Part shown: piece after piece, positions 28,301-39,700 of the stretch
Position numbering within the stretch: the stretch's first letter is position 1
Layout: each line of letters begins with the position of its first letter
Assembly (NCBI GenBank): GCA_000002445.1
Contig: CP000069.1
Span: forward strand, 96,001-160,000
DNA length: 64,000 nt
Source: Trypanosoma brucei
Taxonomy: Eukaryota
Reading direction: 5' to 3'
The notes under the pieces: generated by a model
What the model was told of the DNA's origin: nothing
The model's database searches: none
What the model saw: the letters and a program-made list of their open reading frames with translations, nothing else
Position numbers and translations under genes: made by a program

Positions 28301-28930
28301 CTTACCAATTTGACTCTTCAATGCAAAAAAATAACAACTAAACAACTTGCGATTCATCCGTGTTGCCAACTACGCAGCAAGCTTATACTCATCATCACCA
28401 TAAGAAACATCTTTCAAATACATGAAATCCAGTCGGTGTGACCGTAACTGAGTGATAGCATAACGGAAAAGAGCAAGCATCTCAACGGCGAGTGATGCTT
28501 CCAGGAGTCATAAATTGGGATTCCAACTGTGTACCCTACTGAATCCTGTGAAGGGCAAAAAATCAACTACACATTCTTTTCATTGAAATATTTGGTTAAG
28601 TTGAGAGTATTTTTGTCACCCACAGGTTCCAGTATAATGGCAAGCTCATCACCGTAATTGGTTGTACAGATGGCGTATCCAAAGTCATCCATAGACGAAA
28701 CATGTGCAACTGCCACACTGACACACGGAAGCGACTTTCCGTTGGTAATAGATGCGTTGAAGCCTGCAGTAATAGGATCAAATACCTTTGCTGAAATCTT
28801 GTCACTGTATAACATGTTGTATACCCTTACCCATATTAATCCATTTGCAAGCTATACTTCAGCCAGCAGCTGTAGTAATATAGAAAAACACCACGTAAGT
28901 GACTACGCCATCTCTAGCATGTAATTCACG
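25351..28930 (-). pseudogene. GRESAG4: Divergent receptor-type adenylate cyclase paralogue, disrupted (pseudogene copy A)
   Basis: The C-terminal 410-aa ORF (25351-26583) carries a TM helix (IAAIAVGFVVMLVPLVTVLVVVILA) plus a complete class III cyclase catalytic domain (VTLIFTDIESST, VKTVGDSFM, GIHTG, YDYYGRTPNMAERTES). It is separated by a TGA (SSATL*VTYDE) from the upstream in-frame piece 26584-27078. Further upstream pieces lie in other frames (27111-27374, 27519-27815, 27837-28097, 28184-28369, 28567-28815). They are collinear with successive segments of the full-length extracellular domain but share only about 30-45% aa identity with it. Confidence 0.8.
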
Positions 28931-30012
28931 CATGGAGGTAACCGTGATACTAGTAACTCAACGTAATTCAACTTTCAAACTACAGGACAAAAACGGCATA
29001 ATAACAAAGTATTGGTACAAGATTAATAGACTGCATGTGTATATGTAAGAGCGTGGGAAAGGGAACTACTGTAGTGGATAACATTACACAAACCATAACA
29101 GCGAGAAAGTAGTTCAACACACATTCCCCCATACACCCACATATCATTCATGTATCCGATACAAAAACATAAAACATCACTAGGCATAAGGGTAAATGTG
29201 TAGATAGAACATTACAGTATCATAAACTGGATTGCCATTAACAAAAACACAGCACACTAACAGTCACAGTTAACACTCAAACTGTAAATTTTAACTCACA
29301 ACATCACGGCAGACATTGCTCAGTTTCATATTCCTTGACTGTCTAGGAGTAAAAGAGAGTGTGCGAGAGAATATGAGGAAAGCTTCAGCAACCATAGAGA
29401 AATATAAAGGAAGTTATACACATGTATCAGATATTGCAAATAGTTACATGCAGCAAGGTGATTAAGAGATACCTTACAAGCCAGCATCTCCGAATGAAAA
29501 AAAAAAATTAGGGTAGACGCGAGGGATAAGCACAGGAGGTCACTTTTACTTCGCTATAGCCTCCGCTTCATGGGCATCACCTTATTATCAAACACATTTT
29601 TAAATGCAAGGACACAGCTCCTAACAACACATTAGAGGTGGAGCGCCTCACATGACAACGGACCACACGGACGGCAATATAAATTTAAATAAGATATTAT
29701 TTAGAAGAAGTTAAGCATTAATAGTGGCGTGGATGCACACATCCCTCACTACGTTAAACAGAAAATTAACGACTTTCATATATTGTAATCAAAAGATAGT
29801 ATGCCCATTTCAAAAATAAAATGCATCCCTGTGCATAAAAATATTTAAACACCCAACATATGAGGAAAATATTGCATGCACAAAAAGTTGGGGAGCAAAG
29901 TATTAGAAGAACACTATATGAAGTGAATCTAAAAAAAGTTTGCACATATTATATAAACATTATTATCCATTTACAACAACAAAACATACATACATCAATG
30001 TCATGAGAAATA

Positions 30013-33000
30013 TTAACAGGTACTACCAACACTTTCCAGGTCAATCAAATCAGTGGTGCAGCGTCGTCCCTCAACATAGGAAAAGTTTGAAGATGAAGCA
30101 ACCGTTGCAACAGTAGCTCCTCCAGGTGAAAATAGACTTCCACCCCTTTCCAATGATGTCACACTGCTGGAGGAGCTCCTCGTTCCAAAATCCATAACAC
30201 AACCCACCTTTGCAGCAATCCGACGGGTAACACAGCGACAACTGGCTTCATTCCAAGCATCCACCCCTGGGGGCTTCTTAACATGCCAACGCTCACAAAA
30301 TGTTGCAAGCATCTTCTGTCGCTGGATAACTGGAAATGCGCCAATGAGGGCATCAATGCAACCAGCAACCTGTTGAGCGGTGGCAGTTAAACCACACTCA
30401 TTAAAGCTCGACTCACTAGCGCTACTACCTGTTCCAACATCTTCTTCATCCTCGATTTCACGTTCCAGCCGTAATGCAGCAAAGTTGCGGCCAGGCACGG
30501 CATTCAACTGGTACATTTCCACAGGATCGGGCACACCACGTAGCGGCACATCACCAAGTGCAGTGACATCAATTTGCTCACGCTCCTCAGCTGACAGTGA
30601 CATGTAAACCTCATGCGTCATCAGCACCTGACCACCATTTGCTACACTCTCTGTCCTTGCTGCCATGTTTGGAGTCCGCCCATAGTAGTCATATCCCTTC
30701 GTCACTTCATCGTGTCGGATGTCGCACAACCCGGTGTGGATTCCAACACGTACACGCAGGCCATTCCACAAACGACTGTACACTTTAAGGTCCAACCGCG
30801 CAGTTGGCGGTGTGTACTTCTCGTCCTCCTCCGCACGCTGCTGCTCAAACTGCTGGTAAGAATCATCAACTGCATTTGTTCCCCAGTCATGTTGCAAGAA
30901 ACACAGCTGTAATTCCTGTGCGAGTTGGACGGCAGCGAAAGGACTCTTACTCGCTATCATGAACGAATCCCCAACAGTTTTGACTTCGTAGCACTTATAC
31001 CTCCCAATCAGTGAACGAATCAAATAGTGATGTGCCGCAACGGCATCGGGCATCAGCTCAGGGTGTGCAGCCCACAACGCAGTGCTGCTCTCAATGTCAG
31101 TAAATATTAGTGTCACAGGGTCCGTTGGCTCCTTGGGTGCAAGATTGTTATCACGAGCATTCCGCAGGGTGATGCGTAGGAGCACACCAAGGGCAATAAA
31201 AGGTATCAAGCCGGCTATACACCCGATACCTATGCCGGCTATCTGTGACCCTGTGAGACGACTCCCTCCTGAAATGATATACCCCATAGACGGTGTCATG
31301 CCGCGTTGCAATATGGGCACACTTGAATTCAGCACACGCGCCATCGACCATACAGAAATGTTTGTGGCTCCAAAGTTTGAGGCACACTCATTTGCCGAAA
31401 CACTCGTACCAGAAACACATTCCACATCACTGAAGGGTCCAAATCGCATGTCATCCACTTTGATGTTGGACTCCGTGTAAATGCGGTCTGCCAGCAGCTC
31501 TGCATTCACTTTCTTCATATTCGGGAGAATCACTTGAAGCAGCCGAGTGGTAACAAAACCTAAGAACGTTAGTGGATCCCAATGCGATTCATTCACAATG
31601 CGATGGAAACTCGCAACCACATCTGATTTCGTGTCCTTCTCCGCCCAGTGTGGGAAACTCGTCGCGAATAGGAGCCGCTCTGAGCTAGCAATAGACTCTT
31701 TACTCGCATTAAACGCAGCTACAAACTCATCGTAGTACATTGCAAGGTCATTGAATGGAATGAATACACGTGCCCTGCGGTGGGTCTGAAGGTGCCGCGC
31801 AACTGCAGCAACGTCAGTGAGAGTGAGTCCAATAGTAAACACATCTCTATTACCCGAGAGATATGACGATATCGGGTCACCATCACCAAGTGTCTTGCTG
31901 GAATCAAGCGGCACACCAAACGTGTCCAATGACTTGTACAGCAGGCTACTGATCTCCACTACTTGCTCACTACGTATGAGTGCATTTACTCCTCTGGAAG
32001 AAGTGTTGGAGAGATACACAGCAAGCACATAAAGTTGCTGCGCAAGGACAGGCAGTAAGTGTATTACGTTTCTCCTAAACAATTTCATGCGGGGTCGAAG
32101 TGTCATAGGACTGATGAACACTAAATCTTTTCGGTCCAGAAGCCCTCCAGGCATGATACCAAATACTGCAGATACATCCCTGTTATCCTGTACTTGCTCA
32201 AGGGATTGCGTCACATTCTCTGAAGATACTGTTAGGGGATGGAAAAATATTCTATTGTCAATATTCTCCGCTTCCTTGCCATGAACCTCGGCACCAAGGA
32301 ACCACTTCCTGCTCGCACGTAATGCAATTTTATTATCTGCGAGAAGCAAAAAGAGGCCACTCAATGGCGCACCCACATGTACATTGGCACTCGAGCACTC
32401 TGATACACCCCACGTTAGATGTCCTTCCCACAAAGGCGCTGGTCGGAAGCCATCCATTATACTCTTCATATATACCATACTGCCACCTTGATTGCATTCA
32501 CACATGGCACCCTGTAATGCAACGGCCTCATTGCACTCACCACCAAAGTCACCAACCACAAGGTCATCAATCACGTAGCGACGCTGCTTGTACAGAGATT
32601 CCCTGAATGATGTACGGTTCGTCAGCTGTGGGGCGTTATTCAGAGCTTCGAAGAGAACTTCTCCCGCAAGCCACCCATACACCATCATCTCACCTGCGTT
32701 GTCGTCCTCAAGGTAGTGATCGGGTTTCTTAAAAAAGTTCCAGTCATTGTTTGTCCTGAGGTAGTTGTCCATGTCATGCTGGAAGCGCTGAATCAGTGAG
32801 AACCGAGTATCGTTAGCGAGCGGCACTGTTCCAGTTGTGATTAGCTGTCCAGGAGTGAATGTACGATTAGCTAACGCCAATGCCTCACGCCACATCTTGA
32901 TCAAAAAATTTTGCTGTAGTGAAGTAGAAAGAAGATACGCATTGGCAGTGCGGTTGTCCTGTGCTACCTTCTTGATGAACCACTTTGCTGTATTACCCAG

Positions 33001-33819
33001 GGATGAAAACAGCAATATAGCCTGTGGGCGCGTAGCAACAAATTGTCTCCACCTGGTGTTCAAATCATCCTCAGAGATATTTTGATTCTCACTCTCCTTC
33101 ACAACGAACATTCCACACAGCTCGCGACCCATCATTTCCAATATCTGCACAGTAAACTCATACGGTCCCATACTGGCGGTGCTGCTCTTCACGTGCATCA
33201 TACCTATTCGTGGGACACGGAGGTAAACAACAGCATAACGAATGAGGGCGAGGAGTTCAGCATTGGGTTCGACACTTATGAAATAAAGGTGAGGGTTCCA
33301 ACCACGGACCTCACTGGAGTACGCAACGGGAGCGAGGGCAACAAGATCATGTTCCTTCAGTTTATCACTGACCCACGAGACGTGATTAGTACCCAGCGGC
33401 CCGAATACAACTAATAACTTGTCTTCACTTTGATTCATTCCCTGCTGAAATATGTCCTCGATTGTCGCATTGGGTGATGGGGGACGGATGACAGATATTG
33501 TCGCATTAGAGCCCGTCTTCCAGCTGTGGGCACTCAGTGATGCGTCAAAACCGGCATTAAGATCGTTAACTTCATCGTCAGAATATTCCGGATTATACAT
33601 CATGGATAGCACTTTTACCGTCACATTACTCGCTTCCGCGCACACAGGTGGCATCCACATGAGTAGCAAAGGCAACAAGTGTAGCAGTGACATAGCAGTA
33701 ATGACAGGTGAGTGCTTGTACTTGCTGTAACGCCTTGCAGGGCTCCTTGCGGTAAGGTTCCGCCTGCAGTTTCCATGAGGGTACACACATCCTCTTCCAC
33801 CACCTTCCTGCCAGCACAT
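30013..33819 (-). CDS. GRESAG4: Receptor-type adenylate cyclase, full length (copy 1, 1268 aa from first ATG)
   Basis: Single 3.8 kb ORF. First ATG is at 33819 (MCWQEGGG...), and a further in-frame ATG lies directly before the hydrophobic leader (MSLLHLLPLLLMWMPPVCAEA). The protein has a large extracellular domain of about 820 aa with many N-glycosylation sequons. One TM follows (IAGIGIGCIAGLIPFIALGVLL), then the class III cyclase domain (PTDPVTLIFTDIESSTALW, YEVKTVGDSFMIAS, RVGIHTGLCDI, GYDYYGRTPNMAARTESVANGGQVL), and a C-terminal tail of about 150 aa. This architecture and length are those of trypanosome ESAG4/GRESAG4 cyclases. Confidence 0.9.
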   Translation of the reverse strand: MCWQEGGGRGCVYPHGNCRRNLTARSPARRYSKYKHSPVITAMSLLHLLPLLLMWMPPVCAEASNVTVKVLSMMYNPEYSDDEVNDLNAGFDASLSAHSWKTGSNATISVIRPPSPNATIEDIFQQGMNQSEDKLLVVFGPLGTNHVSWVSDKLKEHDLVALAPVAYSSEVRGWNPHLYFISVEPNAELLALIRYAVVYLRVPRIGMMHVKSSTASMGPYEFTVQILEMMGRELCGMFVVKESENQNISEDDLNTRWRQFVATRPQAILLFSSLGNTAKWFIKKVAQDNRTANAYLLSTSLQQNFLIKMWREALALANRTFTPGQLITTGTVPLANDTRFSLIQRFQHDMDNYLRTNNDWNFFKKPDHYLEDDNAGEMMVYGWLAGEVLFEALNNAPQLTNRTSFRESLYKQRRYVIDDLVVGDFGGECNEAVALQGAMCECNQGGSMVYMKSIMDGFRPAPLWEGHLTWGVSECSSANVHVGAPLSGLFLLLADNKIALRASRKWFLGAEVHGKEAENIDNRIFFHPLTVSSENVTQSLEQVQDNRDVSAVFGIMPGGLLDRKDLVFISPMTLRPRMKLFRRNVIHLLPVLAQQLYVLAVYLSNTSSRGVNALIRSEQVVEISSLLYKSLDTFGVPLDSSKTLGDGDPISSYLSGNRDVFTIGLTLTDVAAVARHLQTHRRARVFIPFNDLAMYYDEFVAAFNASKESIASSERLLFATSFPHWAEKDTKSDVVASFHRIVNESHWDPLTFLGFVTTRLLQVILPNMKKVNAELLADRIYTESNIKVDDMRFGPFSDVECVSGTSVSANECASNFGATNISVWSMARVLNSSVPILQRGMTPSMGYIISGGSRLTGSQIAGIGIGCIAGLIPFIALGVLLRITLRNARDNNLAPKEPTDPVTLIFTDIESSTALWAAHPELMPDAVAAHHYLIRSLIGRYKCYEVKTVGDSFMIASKSPFAAVQLAQELQLCFLQHDWGTNAVDDSYQQFEQQRAEEDEKYTPPTARLDLKVYSRLWNGLRVRVGIHTGLCDIRHDEVTKGYDYYGRTPNMAARTESVANGGQVLMTHEVYMSLSAEEREQIDVTALGDVPLRGVPDPVEMYQLNAVPGRNFAALRLEREIEDEEDVGTGSSASESSFNECGLTATAQQVAGCIDALIGAFPVIQRQKMLATFCERWHVKKPPGVDAWNEASCRCVTRRIAAKVGCVMDFGTRSSSSSVTSLERGGSLFSPGGATVATVASSSNFSYVEGRRCTTDLIDLESVGSTC

Positions 33820-33861
33820 ATTTTCGGGAATGTGTGACACTTTTCGTGTGTGAAATCTTAT

Positions 33862-33910
33862 GTCCTAAGGAAGAATATCAAAAGAGGGAAAATAGAAATC
33901 AGTAAGATTA
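33862..33910 (-). promoter_or_regulatory. Polypyrimidine tract plus AG (minus strand), candidate SL acceptor for copy 1
   Basis: The reverse complement reads cttactgatttctattttccctcttttgatattcttccttAGgacataag, about 45 nt upstream of the ATG at 33819. The same motif precedes copies 2 and 3. Confidence 0.5.
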
Positions 33911-36735
33911 CACTTCCAGACAGTTGGATGCTATAACAAGTTCCCGACAAAACCAAAACAATGCTTAAAAAGCAATGAAGGCACGTCAAGGTAGCGAGAG
34001 GCGACTCGTTTATGATGTCACTGTAAATTGCGAGCAAATGATAGAAAGGGACAACCGACACGCTGGTAGGTAATGGTGTCACACAAACAAACACGTATAT
34101 GTATTTCATGTGCGTTGCTGCTTCTTTCCCGCAAGGAAGTATTTAAGTGTGATGTGGGGCAAGAGTTTGGATTGTTTCTTATTTCGGTGCCGCAGTCACT
34201 TGTTTGTTGTTTTGTTTCCGCCAGCGTCTACCTCGGCTAATGCGTCTCGGCTCTTAATAATTTCTGTTGTGCCCTTCGCCTTTTGTGTGGCTGCCTGGCT
34301 GGCTGTTCCTCTCATATACTTCTTAAAGGCGCTTTCCAGACAGGAAAAGTTTCCCCTTGGGCACGAATGTCGCGTAGCACATGCAGTGGAAGAAGGGCGT
34401 AAGAACATGCGCGACGGAAGAACCGAATCTCATCCAGTTCCGCTTTCTCTTTTTTTTCTCCTTTGTACCCTACTTTACTTGCAAACGCCGCAATCATGTG
34501 GAAACACTTGGTCCCCTCTTATGACATCAATCATCTGCCTTTTGGGATGCATTGTCACTCCTCCCTTTTCCTTCATTCATCTTCGTGTTGTTGCGTCGTC
34601 ACTCACTCATCCGGTTAGACACACCCTCCACATCCATTCGCACCATTTTCCTCATATTCCGAGTCTCATGCAGCAGAGAGCATGTATTTATCCATTTTAT
34701 TTCTTTCCTTGGGTCCACCCAACAAGTTTCGTATTTGGACCGTAACACAAATTTCATTTCCTGGTCGCAACCCAAACGCCGTTCGCGATCAGACGAGTTT
34801 CAATTCCGGGTAATGGGCCCCTTTCCACTTTGAAATGATTGAACCCTCTTTTTCGCACTTCCAATGGTTGCTGCCACCGTCACCACACCTTCTCCACGTA
34901 GCGTTGGAAAGAAGTAAGAAATAATAAAAACGCATCTGAGCAACGCAGCAGCGATCAGCCAGTGGACCTCATCAGAGTTTGTGCCTCCAATCTCATTCCC
35001 AAACCAAAAAATTAATCGGGCCCGCATGCGGCACGAGGCGTCCGGCGACTACGGGGGTTTACAAAAGAAGGAAAGTGATGTAACAAAAGGAGTTACATAA
35101 ACATCGCGACCGCACGCACTCCGGCCATACAGGGCTGGAAAATTAATAAAACAACCCGCTCAGGGATAACAATTGCCCTTGAGGGAAAAAGGTTGGATGC
35201 CTGCAGCCGCACGAGTTCCGCTGCGATTCAGGTGAGTTTATCCTTTCCCCCTGAGGGTCGACAGTGTTTCCCTCCATTTGTTCCCTTCCCAAATAATATC
35301 TTCAGCACGTAGCAGTATTTTTGATATTCCAAAGCGGCTGCCAGTGCGTACACTCCTGCATGGGGGGAAAAGCCCCAAGTGAGGGCGGCAGATATGCGCA
35401 AGTAACAATCAGAGCCCATGCACGCAAACACACATGATGTAAAGGGAAGCATGTAACAGGTATGCCAAATGCTCAGTTGAGGTTACACACTGCAGCGACG
35501 TAGCCGCTCCCTCCCGCCACAACTCGCCGTAGCTCCTCATCGCACAGTTAAAACGTCAAGGGTTCAGTCTAGAATTACCACAAAATACGGATAAATGAGG
35601 TTTGTCCCTATAAAGGAGCGGCATTTCTGCACTCCCCTCGAGTGTCCAAACAGTGTTGTAAATAACGGAAGGATATTATAGGCTCAGCAATATTAACAGA
35701 GTGAACGTGTTACAAAACTCCCTCACAATACAATAATTAGTATAAGCTGCAATAACTGCGACGGTGAGGGAACTTTGTTATACTGCGAGGCAACGCGGGT
35801 TTCAGTACATAACTAAGCTCATGCATCGACATCACACTCTGGAGGGAATGGAGGCAATCACATACCTTAAATCCTTACGGCAACACAAATGAGTGAAGGG
35901 AAAGAAAGCATGCAACTGGTGAAACAACATGTAACATCAGCAATGCAGAGGGTGATAAGGGTTGTATATCCGAAGAGAGAGATACAACAGCCCACATAAC
36001 ACCCAACACATACAAACACACATGCAACATAACACTCATTATGAAAAAATATTTAAAGACACCGCTAGCATTAAGTGGATTCAAAAAGAAAAACGTGACG
36101 CAGACACACACGGAAACACAGTTTTGTACCCAAAAGGTTGCGGGATTGGGCGTGAGAGGTGGAATTAAAAAAAAATAAAATAAAATAGTCATGCACTCGC
36201 ACGCTTAAGGACAGACGTGTTGAAAAAGAAATGTTTCACCTTATTTTTCTTAAAGCCTCAAATGGCAAGGACACAAATAAAAAAGAGAGCCCTTAGGGAA
36301 AGTACATAGCTAATCCCGTTTTGTGATTACTCACAGAACAAAAACGTTTTGGTTAAATTAGAAGAAATGTTGAGCCGTCCTGTCTTCCATAAGTGTCGGA
36401 TTTGGAACAGTAAGAAACCAACCGGCGCTGACACGGCAAAACACATGCATGTGTTAATTCAGTGTCTTGAAAGACAACGCATGTGTAATCTAACAGAGGG
36501 CATGTTCCCTCTTAAGATTAGTATGTGCTTTAATGCAGAGGCAGCAGCCACCAAAAATAGAATGTAAAAAATGTAATAATAAATAGATGGCAAAAGATAA
36601 AAATAGATACAAAAGACAAACCCTACCGAGACTACGTTAAAATTCACTAACAACTACTACAATCGGTATGCTAATTAACTTTTCCGCCGAGTAAAACTAA
36701 GAGATTTGTACGCTTTATGACGTGCAACACTACCA

Positions 36736-39700
36736 CTAATGTAACGACGGAAGCGGACACCCAAAGTGGCCTTCTCTGAAATGTGAACCAACGAATGGAA
36801 CAATTATGATTGAGCCCTCTTCAGTACTCACAGAAGCTTCACTGCTCCCACTTTGAGCGCTACGGTTAGCGACACGCCCAACCTTAACTGCAATGCGACG
36901 CACCACTTCCTCACAGTAGGCGTCATCCCACTCGAATGCAGCTTCACGGGGAAGAGGCACACGCCAATGCTCACAAAGCGACGCCAGAAGATTCCCCCGT
37001 TGCGCTGCTTTAAAAGTTCGGAAAACAGACTGCAGTGAGTTCAATATCGATTGTGCTGATTCACTCAGCTCAGCACGTGAAGAACTGTGGTCGCTTGTGG
37101 AGGTTGTCGTGCCATCCTCGTCTTCAAAGAATTCGCGATCCAGCCGTAATGCAGCAAAGTTGCGGCCAGGCACGGCATTCAACTGGTACATTTCCACAGG
37201 ATCATTCACGCCGCGAAGTGCAACATCACCAAGTGCAGTGACATCAATTTGCTCACGCTCCTCAGCTGACAGTGACATGTAAACCTCATGCGTCATCAGC
37301 ACCTGACCACCATTTGCTACACTCTCTGTCCTTTCTGCCATGTTTGGAGTCCGCCCATAGTAGTCATATCCCTTCGTCACTTCATCGTGTCGGATGTCGC
37401 ACAACCCGGTGTGGATTCCAACACGTACACGCAGGCCATTCCACAAACGACTGTACACTTTAAGGTCCAACCGCGCAGTTGGCGGTGTGTACTTCTCGTC
37501 CTCCTCCGCACGCTGCTGCTCCAACTGCTGGTAAGAATCATCAACTGCATTTGTTCCCCAGTCATGATGCAAGAAACACAGCTGTAATTCCTGTGCGAGT
37601 TGGACGGCAGCGAAAGGACTCTTACTCGCTATCATGAACGAATCCCCAACAGTTTTGACTTCGTAGCACTTATACCTCGCAATCAGTGAACGAATCAAAT
37701 AGTGATGTGCCGCAACGGCATCGGGCATCAGTTCAGGGTGTGCAGCCCACAACGCAGTGCTGCTCTCAATGTCAGTAAATATTAGTGTCACGGGGTCAGT
37801 TTGTTCCTTGGGTGCAAGATTGTTATCACGGGCATTCCGGTGTGTTGCTAATATAACAACCACAAGAACCGTAACAAGCGGCACCAACATTACGACGAAG
37901 CCAACTGCAATAGCGGCAATTTGCTCAGTCATCTGTTGGATCCATCTCGGTTCATCATAGGTCACTGACGGTGTTGCAGACGACAGCGCAGAGGACACAA
38001 AAGGGTTTAGAACATGTGACATCGACCATACAAAAATATGCATCGCACCACAGTTGACAACAGTGCTTCGCCTCAAGTCAAGTTTCGTTCGTACACTTGT
38101 CTCCAAACGACCCATACATTGCAGGACACTTCCCATTGCGTATGCGATGGCAGACCCAAGTAGTGACAACGGTTTCCACTTCGACTCATTCTGCACGATC
38201 TTGCGGAACTCACGTACTGTTTTGGACTCCGTGATCTTATCCCTCCGATGTGACAGATTCGTTGCGAATAGCAAGGGGTTAGAAAATGGCTTTTCATGGA
38301 AGGCATTCACGAGTTCGCCGTGGATTGGTGCATCATCGAAGAATAGGACAAAGACGTGCGCATTACGGTGTTTGTTAGGGTGAAAGAGGATTATGGGGAT
38401 ATTATATGGGATAAGACCTACAACCAATACCTGACATGCAGTTGACAGCTTGTCTCTCAAATTAGGACCTTCACCACTCGCAACAAAGAAGCTTAGTGAT
38501 GTGTTAAAGTTGTCAAGTGTTTTTGCAACATATTCCTAATTCCTCTCGTATCACCACCACGACACACAATGACATGCATTCTTCCTGCACCATTTTGTAT
38601 AATATGCTCAACTATCATAAATAACTGCTGCTCATTTGTTGGTAACAGGTGGATCACATTCCTTCTGGGGTTACTCGGTTGTGATGTGAGTATTATAGGA
38701 TCGATGAATGCCATACCCTTCGTCCGCAGTAACGAATTATCCACGACACCAAGCACAGCAGTTACAACTCGTTTCTCAACATCATTATACAGAGTTGCAC
38801 AAGTTTCGTAAGATTTCGAGGATAGTCAGTGTAAAAAGAAACCATCAGAGTGACCCAGTTGACCTTTGCCAACAACATGAGGGACACCATCGTATACCAT
38901 CTATGCAGCACGCAGTGCCTTTGGGTCATCGGTTATATTAAACATGACCCCACTCAATGGGCCATACAACTGTGGCAGGTCTCGATAACAGCGAGATGAA
39001 CCAAGGGTTAATATAGCTTCCTTCATAGGGTGTAGATGGAGATCCTTTTCCACCTTCTTCATGCACATCACACTCCCACCTTGGTTACGTAAACACGATA
39101 CACCCCGCTCTCCCGCCATATTACGGCACTCACCACCAAAGTCACCAACCACAATATTATCAATTGGATAACGACGTTTATTGTACAGTGATTTCATAAA
39201 TACACCCCTGCTAGTTAGCTATTCGTGACAACTCAGTGCCTGTTTCAATACCTCTTCAGCAACCCATCTGTTCAATGTCAGCTCAGCTTCAGCGTCTTGC
39301 TCGGTGAAGTTATTTTCGTTAATATCCCACCTTGTGCGCTTATAGTTATTACCATTAACCTTTAACAACATAGTCATATCATCCCTGAAACGCCTGACAG
39401 CTTTGTATGTGTCACCCTTCGTAATTAGGTCAGCCCCAGTTATTATTATTTTATCAGCCACAAACTCGTCTCTACCCAATTTATATGCCCACTTGTTCTT
39501 GATGGCGTGTTGGAGTGCAGAGGGTGTATGAATAAATATTCGCCTCTTGTCCTGTGGTCATATAATCATTTCATGGGGAATCTCTTCATATCAGGGATTG
39601 GAGAACCAAATACAATCATTCCCTGAGGTCCAGTATCGGCAACCTTATTCCACTCCGCACTGAAGCTACTGTTATCCGATTCCTTACCAATTTGACTCTT

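Larger units (their letters stand above)
22690..34085. repeat. GRESAG4 array unit 1 (~11.4 kb: flank + divergent pseudogene + full-length cyclase gene + upstream region)
   Basis: Near-identical at nucleotide level to 34086-45510. The same ORF set recurs with a constant offset of about 11.38 kb (for example 25351→36736 and 30013→41385). The junction motif cacacaaacaaacacgtatatgtatttcatgtg recurs at 22690, 34080 and 45470. Confidence 0.9.

Noticed and set aside
30380-31480. Plus-strand ORFs inside the minus-strand cyclase genes (e.g. 30380-30607, 30613-30912, 31082-31480 of 132 aa, 33043-33414), repeated identically in every copy
   Set aside because: They are antisense shadow ORFs of a long, codon-biased gene. 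They recur only because the gene is repeated. They have low complexity (Ser/Arg-rich) and no independent signals.
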